From: Octopus bimaculoides
Lineage: Eukaryota
Assembly: GCF_001194135.2 (NCBI RefSeq)
Contig: NC_068981.1
Coordinates: 161,438,386-161,502,385 of the forward strand
Direction: 5' to 3'
DNA length: 64,000 nucleotides
Position numbers and translations under genes: made by a program. The notes beneath the pieces are model-generated. The model had not been told where the DNA came from. It made no database searches and worked only from the letters and a program-made list of their open reading frames with translations. This document shows positions 53,437-64,000 of the stretch, piece by piece. Position 1 is the first letter of the stretch, and each line of letters opens with the position of its first letter.

Positions 53437-55159
53437 GTAAGTAGTATGTTATTTTTTAAGGCCCATATATTTACTGCAGGTTTCAAATCTATTCTTCTTT
53501 GGAATGTTCTTAATATATAGTTGTTATGTTGACGAAACCAATCCTTAAATTTCTTTGCAGTCATACCTATATAAACAATGCTATTTTGGTTAATATTTGG
53601 TGTGACAGAGGCTGCATATATAACTATTTCATAGTTATATATATAGTTATATAACTATTTCATAGTTATATAATTATATTATATAGTTATAAACTACACA
53701 GGTAGTTTACATTGACAGAGTGCATTTCTGTGTTCAAGTGATTAGATGTTTTAATATCTTCCTTTCTTAGCCGACAAGCTTCTATAATCTATCATCCACT
53801 ATTACCACCACCACCACCACCATGCAAGAGTTAAAGGATTTTGGCACTAAAAACAGCACTGTAACATGGACACAAGTTCAAAATGTTTATGAAAATTAAG
53901 AGAGAAAAATAGAAAACAGTTATTTAGGATGATGAGATGGAGAAGAAACAAATAATGACCAATGATAACTGTATAATGCAAAATCCTTAAGAGTTTGTGC
54001 TTATTTTTAGTTTTCTGAAGCTGTTGTGGGCTCCCAGCTGTTAAAAAGATGAGAGCTTGGTGATCTGCTAAATAATCAAATAAAATCAAAACAAATTGAT
54101 TTGTCTTTCACTCCTTCTACTGTTAACAGCATAACTATCAGTGTACAAGTCCTGGGTTCAATTTACTCCCAAGCTTTTGGATGTGGGACTCCAGCATCAA
54201 CAAAATCCAATGACTGAAAGCAGTCCCCACTTCTAAAGATAACAACTAAATCTTCTTCAAACCACACCCTCCCATCTAAAACAAAGACACATTGAATAAT
54301 GCAGTCCTAGATGCACTATATATAACCAAAATAAAATAAAAAAATACAGAATGGTCAAGAGATCTATATGATTCGGTCATGTAGATCCCTTGGAGCAGGG
54401 CTTACTTGGTGTTAAACTGCAGCAACCAGTAAAAGAATTCTAAAAGATTAACTAAATAAGCTGCAACTAATGAACGAGGTTGCTTTTGTTTAATTTCTTA
54501 TGGTTTAGTTGGAAGGCAGTACCCATTACCTTTTTCAGAAGCTCCGAGAGAGAGAGAGAGAGAGACTGACAGACTGAAACAAGGAGAGGTGAAGGAGAGA
54601 AACAAAAGACCATTCCAAATATTTGTAACAAAATGGACTCTGTAAAAGACACCCTTGAGCCTGGTGGTGGTACTAAATCAGGTGAAAGATCAAGTCAAAA
54701 CATGATAACAAATAATGAGAGAATTTCACTTCAAAATGTCTAATTATGTAATCATTGATAGCAATTTCAAAATACAAAAGACATAATTATTGCAAAACAA
54801 AACAAAAAAAGATAAACTGAACAAATATTAAATGTAAAAATACAAGAAAAAGAACCCCCCATTAAATTGTGTATAAAATAATAATCATTTATTTAAAATG
54901 TCCTATTTTACTACATCAAAGCAGTAAATCAATAGAAATTAGGACATAAATGAAACCTAATTTGTACTACGACGAGAATATGAAAAATATTTTTGCATTA
55001 AAAAGGAAATCAACTCTGGAATGCAAAAGCCAGTGTTAGAGGAAAGGGGGGGGGTGTTTTTAGCATCAGATCTTTACATTTGATACATAAATTTTATCCT
55101 TAACAAGTTAAATTTTTCTATTTTTTATTTTAATTTTTTTTTATTATTGATGAGCTCAC

Positions 55160-55497
55160 TTCAAAGATACAAGGGTCAACTCAAAGCAACACTGAAATTG
55201 AGTCTAAATTGTTTGAAACACAAGCCTGAGACCGTACCAAGTGGAAGTGTTCCATCACCATCAGAACCAAAAACTTTGAAGCCATCAGAAGAGAAATGGA
55301 AGAAATCAAATGACAGGAGAGAAAGGTTTGACACAAATCATCCTCATCCTTCGCCAACATTACCATGCAGTCAATGCCATTGACCCTTCAATGCAAGAAC
55401 TGGTCTACAGAGTCAATAACGACGTCACCATAAAGGAAGCATTCAGCAAAGAAGAAACTAAATTCTTGGATTCAAGATAAAGCCAACGACAACATTG
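55160..55497 (+). mobile_element. RTE-clade LINE 3' end (decayed)
   Basis: RYKGQLKATLK...CSQCH*PFNARTGLQSQ (C-terminal Cys/His motif of RTE ORF2) followed by a ..GFKIKPTT-type end. Confidence 0.75.
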
Positions 55498-56699
55498 TGC
55501 AATTTAGCTGCTGCCAAAAATTCATAGACCTTTAAGTTTCATCACACACTTCATGAGAATGTTCTAGTGTCAAGTTTCTTTTCTTTTTTTTATTCAATTT
55601 CAAAGGACACGTCTAAAGGTAATCAAATTTATTTCCAATTTAATAAAATTATTATTATTTTTTTTTTTGTAGTATAAAATATTGAGTTAATCCATTACAG
55701 AGTTTATAAGGTAGGAGCTTAACCCCACTTTCCAAGAGTTAAGTTGATAAACGATCTCCTCCCCCTTGCTAAGGACTACAGTCAATCACTAGGTGCTTAT
55801 TTTCCCCAGACAGGTGAACTGAGACAATCAATGCAGAATTAAATATCTGCTAGAAACACTTTTTAAGTCAGCAATCTAATATCTTATTGTTCCACCCTTG
55901 TTCCACCCCACTAAGTAGTTTTTAAAGAATAATACTTTGAGAGATAAAATCAATGTCCAGGATAAGAGGATATTAATACAAATGAAATATTAGATACTGA
56001 TACAACCGATAGCTAGTCGTGTAGCCCCAAATGTAATAGGTCTATGATCAGCAGGCATGAACAAACAGCCTGTTATATTAGGGATATTATTAAATTACAC
56101 TATTTAATGTCTTTCTATTTTAAGACATTGGAGTGTACTTTGAGAGACATTTGGTTGCTGGAGACACACCTATAGAGGCTAATTGAAATGAAGTATGCTT
56201 GAATTGAAGTATATGCTGCTCACACAGAAACCACAAAACAACGCCTGTAGCAGCTTTGAACTCAAGATCTATAAAAGCTGTACTAACTATAACCCACTAA
56301 TCTATATGCATGAATATGTATATTTGTAGATGCTTCTTTCAAATCCTGATTAAAAAAATAAAAAAGAAATTACAATTCTCGGAGACTGAGCACTGAAGAA
56401 AGGATAAACCCATGATTTAATACAGCTTTCAATTCTGCTTCAGTGTATGAAAATTGAACTGCTTATATGAAGAGAAATTGAGTATGTTAGATATTCAATG
56501 AGATATATCTAGCAGATAATATTACTATAACTCAGTTAAGTCAGCTTACATATGTATAAAACACTTATTCAATTCAATTCAGAACATTTTCAGAGAAAGT
56601 AATGTTTTAAATGTGTGTGTGTGCATGCATGCGTGCTTTCTTGCTTGCTTTTGTACATATGCATCAGAGCACGTGATTGTAGCGTTTGTGTATATACAT

Positions 56700-57580
56700 A
56701 CCTGTGTTACCCACTCAAATCTGTGAATCCTATCAGACAATTCCACACATGAACAATGGCCCATGTTATTATGGAGTCAAAAGATCTACAGTGTGAAAAT
56801 AGGAGTCAAGCATGGCTGGATGCTTGTTGGCTTCTGTAACTCTTTCATATGTTTCTTATCCCTGAGACTCCAGGAAGATAGAAAGTGGGGTGAAAAGTTG
56901 TTGGAAACTCCTTCAACACCAGAAGACTGCAGCTATCAAAAGTAAGCTCAAACCTAGGCAAACCAAGAAGTTACAACAATGTAGTCTGATGGGGGAGTGC
57001 TCTGGTAGCTCACACTTCAGACACCCTATAAGCCATCATCTGAGCTACTGTTGCAACTTATAAAAGAATAAACCTGACAGTTAACATGCAGAAGAATGAA
57101 TTTAGAAGCTAATGATACACAGCATCCTCCCCATTCTCAGTGTAATTACAACAACTATTTACAGGCAGTCACTCATCTTAAAATACTGCACTCACACAGG
57201 ACAAAGACATTGAAAACTACCTAGACAAAACTCTAAATCTAATGCATAGTTCAAAAAAGTGATTAATTCTCAGTAACCATCTCCACCTTAGTACCAAGGT
57301 TGATGTTTACAAATACCAGTCTGTTTCCACTGCATTGTATGGGTGCAAAGCACTGACCACAGTCATCACATTGTGGTATCACAAAAAAGTCACATTACCA
57401 AGGACCTTCTATAGCAAGCAATACTATGGTCAAACACAGGTATAGCTAGCCTTAGAAAGGGTTCAAATACCAACTTAGTAACACATTGAAGAGGAACAAC
57501 AACAATCCTTCAAAAAATGTAAGAAATCATTTGCAATATGCATTAGCAATCTCACAGCACGGAAGGAAAATGTATTCAAT
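56700..57580 (+). mobile_element. RTE-clade LINE reverse transcriptase remnant
   Basis: VKIGVKHGWML (cf. V.TGV.QGC.L) and SNHLHLSTKVDVY...TALYGCKALT (cf. L...TK..VY....LLYGCE.W); many stops and frameshifts. Confidence 0.75.
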
Positions 57581-60500
57581 ACTATCAGAGAATGAGTGAA
57601 AAAAAAAAAAACAGGTATATACACAAAACTATACTTTCCTATTTCCAGTCAAAGATTAACATACTTTGAATGTAGGTGGAACTTCTCGGTTCAATCAATG
57701 GTTAGAAGGTGTAGACTCACAAGTATCTGGTGTTCATCAGATATTATTTTCTAGAACTAAAATATTTTATGTTTTTTAATAAGGCCTTGACCATTTTGCA
57801 TTCAGACTGGTCATATCCAGCCCAAATATTCTACTTGTTTTATGTTGAAACTGGCCAGATCCAGCCTCTCACACTTACCAATGTCATTCTAAAAATAAAC
57901 AATCATGTCATTGAAATTTCAAAGCTGTGAGATAATGCAGGATTAATTCAAAACAATGTGAATAAATAAGCAATGCATTTGAAAAAGAAATGTCGGGTTC
58001 AGTCCCACTGCATGGCACCTTGGGCAAGTGTCTTCTACTATAGCCTCGGGCCGACCAAAGCCTTGTGAGTCGATTTGGTAGACGGAAACTGAAAGAAGCC
58101 CGTCGTATATATGTATATATATATGTATATGTGTGTGTGTTTGTGTTTGTCCCCCTAGCATTGCTTGACAACCGATGCTGGTGTGTTTACATCCCCGTCA
58201 CTTAGCGGTTCGGCAAAAGAGACCGATAGAATAAGTACTAGGCTTACAAAGAATAAGTACCGGGGTCGATTTGCTCGACTAAAGGTGGTGCTCCAGCATG
58301 GCCGCAGTCAAATGACTGAAACAAGTAAAAGAGTAAAGAGCTAAAAGTGGTCTCTACAAATATAAGCAACATACCTGTTTTTGTATATATGTACACGAGT
58401 ATATGTTGTGTGTCTACGTGATTTTGTAAATGTGTGTTCCAATTTGAGTAATTAAATTATGTAAGTATCTGCACACGTGCATCTGAGCAAGTGATGTAAT
58501 GTATATGCATGCCTATGTGCCTGTCTCTACAGTTTTTGTGTTTTGAGTGCATGTACATGCCTCTGCACACATGCACATGTTTGTGTGTGTGTGTGCATGC
58601 ATTTGTGTATGCATGTGTGTATGCGTGTGTACATTGCATACATTCACCCACTTCTAACATTCCACCACAGTGAGAGGTGCTGGTATGTTATGCGAAAGAG
58701 CAATTAAACAAAAGAAACAAAAAAGAAAAACGAAAACCAAAAAAAAAAAAATACCCAGGGGTGGTGGTGGGGAAAACATTTGAATCTATTATCACTTCTA
58801 GAGGGAAACATTAACTGGTGGATCTTTTTAATGTCAGCAAGATGTCACATGTCTAAAATGTGAATAGGTGGGAGAGGGAGACAGTGTGTATATGCTTGTC
58901 TGTAGCTGTGCGCATGTGCATGCACCACACACACACACACACACATTTGTATGCATTTGTAAAGAAGCAAATTCAAAAGGAAAATCGTGATGTCGCCGTC
59001 TTCTACATATTACTTGTTTACACATCTATGTCAATTAATATTGTTTACATCTAAAACAAACATAAATTTTTTTTTTTAGATGTTATCTATCACATTGTGT
59101 GTGTGTGTGTATGTATGATTAGTTGTATATATTTCTCTCTAGGGCCAAGAAGCTTTGATTTGTATTGTATTTCAACTGAAATATTAAAAAAAAAAAAAAT
59201 CAATAAATTGTAGGAATGCCATTAAAAGGAGAAAAAAAGTATTTTTGTTAGTATAAATAGACTGAATGTATTAAATGTTAAAAACACATTAAAGCTGGAA
59301 GGGTTGAGAAGATTATTATTATTATCATTATTGATATCATTTAGGCGATGAACAAGCAGATTTGTTAGCACATTGGACAAAATGCTTAGTAGCATTTCTT
59401 CTGACTCTCTAAGTTCTGGGTTCAAATGCTGCTGAGGTTGACTTTGCCTTTCATCCTTTCGGGGGTTGATTAAATGAATACCAGTTGAACATTGGGGATG
59501 ATGTAATTGACAAATCCGTCCCCACAAAATTTTAAGCCTTGTGCCTCTAGAAGAATTATCATTATCATTAGTAGGCAATGAGCTGGCAGAATCATTAGCA
59601 TGCCAGGCAAAATGCTTAGCGACATTTCGTCTGTCCTTACATTCTGAGTTCAAATTCCACTAAGGTGACTTTGCCTTTCATCCTTTTGGGGTCGATGAAA
59701 TAAGTACCAGTGGTTTGATGTAATTGACTTATCCCCTCACCCAAATGGCTGCCCTTGTTGCAAAATTTGAAGCCATTATTGTTATTATTATTATTAGGTG
59801 GCAAAGTGGCAAAATGCTTAGCAGCATTTCGTCCATCCTTATACTCTGAGTTCAAATTCTGTCGAGGTCAACTTTGCCTTTCATCCTTTCAAGGTCAGTG
59901 AAATAAGTACCAGTTATGCACTGCAGTCGATCATCATCATCATCATTATCATGGTGGTAAGCTGGCAGAATCACACTGGGCAAAATGTGTAGCAGATTTT
60001 TTCTGTCTTTACATTCTGAGTTCAAATTCTGACAAGGTTGACTTTGCTTTTCATCCTTTCGAGGTTAATAAGACAAGTACCACTTGAACACTGGAATACA
60101 ACATCATAACAGATGGAGTTACCCAACCAGAATAAGATAATGTGTCTTGCATGTTTCTCAGATAGTAGGATGTGATTTGTGGGTATTTTGGATGCTATTT
60201 GTAGGATAGTGAGGGACTGTGGAAATATTCCTGCACTGTCTGGTTTAGGTTCTTATTTTTCTGAAAGTAAGTTCTGGTTTAATATACTTATATAACCAAA
60301 GGCATTCCAGCCATGACTATCTTGTCTTTTCAGACACTGAACTACATTATCTGGTGCCCATTCTCTTTTTCTGAGGGAAATTTTGCTCCAGTATTGCATT
60401 TAAAAATACCCTTGATGTGTGGGGCGACATGATATGCTTGAAAAGACTTGTTGAATCAAGTAAAACCAAAATCGTAGCTGTGGCCAGTTCTCCCCTGAAC

Positions 60501-63349
60501 TAGTTGGCCTTGTGCCAAAATTTGAAACCAATAATAACACATGCCTGTAAGGTGACTGGCTTTTCAGGATTGTTAGTAAACTGGACAAAATACTTAGCAG
60601 CATTTCGTTTGGCTTTATATTTTGAGTTCAAATTCCACTGAGATTAACTTTGCCTTTCAAACACTAGTGTTGATTAAAAAGATACCAGTTGTCACTGGGG
60701 TTGATTTAATCAACTCCTCCGCCCCCCCACCCCCNNNNNNNNNNGCGTGTGTGAGTGTACATGAGATAAGACAAATTCAAGTTGGCTTATTTTCTCACCC
60801 CACCATTTTCCCATATCTTATGACAAGAAAAACTAACAAATAGTCTCATTTTCATAAGTGTTATTATTATATTCAGGAGAAGAAGCAAGGGAAAAGGAAA
60901 ATAATTTTTTTCAAAAGTCAACAATTAAAACAGAAAATACATTCATACATAAATAAATACAGTTAAAATACCTATCATAGTTTTGGTCTAAGTTTTAGTG
61001 GTTATAAAAAAACCTACTGAACTCTAACTAAGCTGGTCAGCTTAAATTTCATTTGGAAGTATAACAGTGGTAGTGAAAGTTTCTAAAATCATGTATGTAT
61101 ATCATCATCATCATTTAACATCAGCCTTCCCATGCTGGCATATATACATACACACACACACAGATACAATGATGCGCACACATGTATTATGTAATACACA
61201 CACACATAAATTTGTATCATACATATTTACAATACACATATATATATATGCACACACACACACATACAAACGATATAATACACATATACACGTACACACC
61301 ATATGTATAAATAAACACACACACACACACATATATATACGCACAACACAAAGTACATCAGCACTAAAATAAATTGTTAATTCTATAAAGCCTCACAACA
61401 AGTTAAATAAATAGAATAACAATATAAACACATTCTTTCACTGCTTATGGATGTGTAGGGAAAATCTATTAAGTAGGATGGAAAACTGTTGCAGAAATTT
61501 GAATACTAAACCAGGCATCAACACCTACCCTTCTTTTAAGGTGGATAAAGAGAATGCAGTGTGACCTTTTATTTTGGGCCTCTTGAGATGATTGATATAA
61601 CTGAAAGAGGTTGTGTGTGGTTTCAGTGATAAGCATGAATAATACTATTTTACAGAGAATAAAAAAAAAAAAGCTATGTAAAGCTGAATATCCAGGGGGA
61701 CAGAGTAATCTGAAGGACCATACATGCATGAGTGAATATGTTTGTTTGCTTGTGTGTGTGTGTGTATGGTAGTGTATATTGTGTAAATATTTGATAGAAG
61801 CCGAGACTTTAAACTTCCTTCACTACCGAAAGTGCCAATACTTCTGCTAACTCTGTTGTTAAACAGAAACATGAAACTCTTGAATAGTGGACATAAAGGA
61901 GCTTTAACTTCAAATAAATAAACACTATTTTATATATTGAATGGTTTCTTCCTCTCATTTGTAAATTATATATATATGTATATATATATCATCATCATCA
62001 TTTAATGTCTGTTGTCCAAGCTAACGTGAGTTGAACAGTTTGACCAGAACTGGTAAGTTGGGGGGGGGGCTGCATCAGACTCCAGTCTGATTTGGCATGG
62101 TTTCTACAGCTGGATGCCCTTCCTAATGCCAAACACTCAGAGTGTAATGGGTGCTTTTACATGCTACCAGCACAGGTGCCAAATGCATGACCCAAATATC
62201 TGCTACAACTACAATTTCGCTTGATGGGTCTTCTACTCAAGCACAGCATATTGCCAAAGGTCTCGGTCATTTGTCATTACCTTTGTGAGGCCCAACGCTC
62301 GAAAGGTGCGTTTTACATGCTGCCACCAGCACAGGTGCTAGTTATGCGACACCGGCATCAGCTACATTGTTTCCATGAGGCCCAACGCTTGAAAAGTACT
62401 TTTTACATGTCACCGGCACTGGTGCCAGTTATGTGACTCCAGCATTGGTCACAACTATATATATCAATGGATATCCATAAGTGAGTAAAATGAAAAATTA
62501 AACAGTTATATTTTTATATCATCGAGCAGTATATTATTGGTTTTGCCATATAACTGGTTTGGATACTACCATCAATTTCATGCACTAGAATATTGCCAAG
62601 GGCAACAGTTGGCTTGAGACCACCGGTCACATTCTGACCAATTTTCAGCCAAAACCAATAATATACTATTTGATGATATTTACATAAGACACTACACAGC
62701 ATTTGGGGTTTATTATTTTCATAATAAACATACAAACATGATTACACCACATGAAAAATATAGTTTAAGCCTTAATACCAAAGAATTAATTTAATCGACA
62801 ATGTGTACCTATGACTTTGTAAAGATCCATTGTTTTCTCAGCAAAGATACACATTTCACACTTTATCAACGTACAATTCTCTACCTGGTGCTAAAAAAAG
62901 GTTTCCCATTTGTGCAGTAGAAAGTAATTTGAAGGAAATTTGGTTGCTATTTCCAGCAGATCAAGCAACTGTATAGTGACTACCCCATTGGAGTGTTGTG
63001 AGTTTGAACTGACATACTGCTGAGTATGCAGGCCTCAAAGAGTAGAGGCCATTATAATTGCTGCAGATGTCTAAGACAGTGGAATGAGCCCAGGTTGATG
63101 ATTGTAAAGTGTATGTGATTGCTATCAATGAAACTGTAGACCATTTGTCCAAAACAAGACAAGCAGCTTAAATCCTTGGACAGAAATGATTTTACTTGCA
63201 TAAAGATATTTTCAGAAATATATAGGTGTGAATATGGAATCTGAATTTAATAAAAAGTAAAATAACACAAAAGATAATTATAAAATAGTGAACCATGGTA
63301 AATACCACAAAGTGCTTTTAAATATCAAGTATCTGACACTATTTTTCAT

Positions 63350-63800
63350 TTCCCAATAACAAAAATCCCAGCCTATCCAAACTCCTCTATTGTGGTTCAT
63401 TGTTCTTCCAAGCTATAAACTGAGGAGTTTAAGATCGGTTGCCCATGAAAACTCCTATGCAAATGACCTACTTCTTACTGCTGAATCATCAAGTAGGATT
63501 ATAAGAATTAAAAAGGAAACTCCTAGCATGAAAACAAAACCTAGAATTGAGAGGCCTCAAAGTAAATATTGCAAAGACTGCAATATTAGTTAGCAAGTAA
63601 GAAAGAAGACAGGATCCTGATACCATCAGGGAAATAGCCATTTGGTGCGTAGAAAAGGAGTAAATAGGAATTCCATATGGTACAGCCAGTGTAAACAATA
63701 TTGGATTTAAGATTCTGTAGCTGAGAAGCAAATTTCCTTCCAGGGTACGCCACTGGCTGGTCTGTTGCAGGTAGTTTTCAGTTTTTGTTTTATTGCCAAG
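63350..63800 (+). mobile_element. Non-LTR (RTE-like) reverse transcriptase remnant
   Basis: Frameshifted TEEFKIGCP*KLLYANDLLLTAES (YADD-like) then WKQNLELRGLKVNIAKT. Confidence 0.75.
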
Positions 63801-64000
63801 TAAAACTGAATTCAGCATTGCAACACAATAATTTACTCATCAATTTAATCCAATCCAGTGTTGTAGTTGCTTGTGAATCAGTTGTACTGGCAGAACATTA
63901 GTGAATTCAAACCATTGGACATAATACAGTGAAGGTGACAGGATAAAGACTGCGAAGCCCTCCTCTGATTGTTTAATGCTATATACCAGTGTTTCTCTGC

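Overview
AT-rich, repeat-dense animal genomic DNA with six N-gaps. The SINE families look like those of Octopus, but the species is inferred from recall, not searched. Almost all ORFs in the supplied track are microsatellite or repeat artefacts. One coding exon is well supported: minus strand, exon 34225-33917, ATG at 34161, encoding an 81-aa Ser/Thr/Gly-rich N-terminus ending KYHKGLSPSAK. I cannot name the gene. Weak candidate downstream exons chain in frame with it. A CpG-richer zone at about 43-52 kb may hold the promoter. The rest is tRNA-headed SINEs, RTE-type LINE remnants, mariner, hAT, piggyBac-type and Helitron-like non-autonomous elements, and microsatellites. Most notable: (1) a tRNA-headed SINE whose tail carries a Penelope-type minimal hammerhead ribozyme, present as an inverted pair next to a 104-bp duplication; (2) a second, unrelated hammerhead-like motif; (3) a 47-bp target-site duplication; (4) a fold-back mariner.
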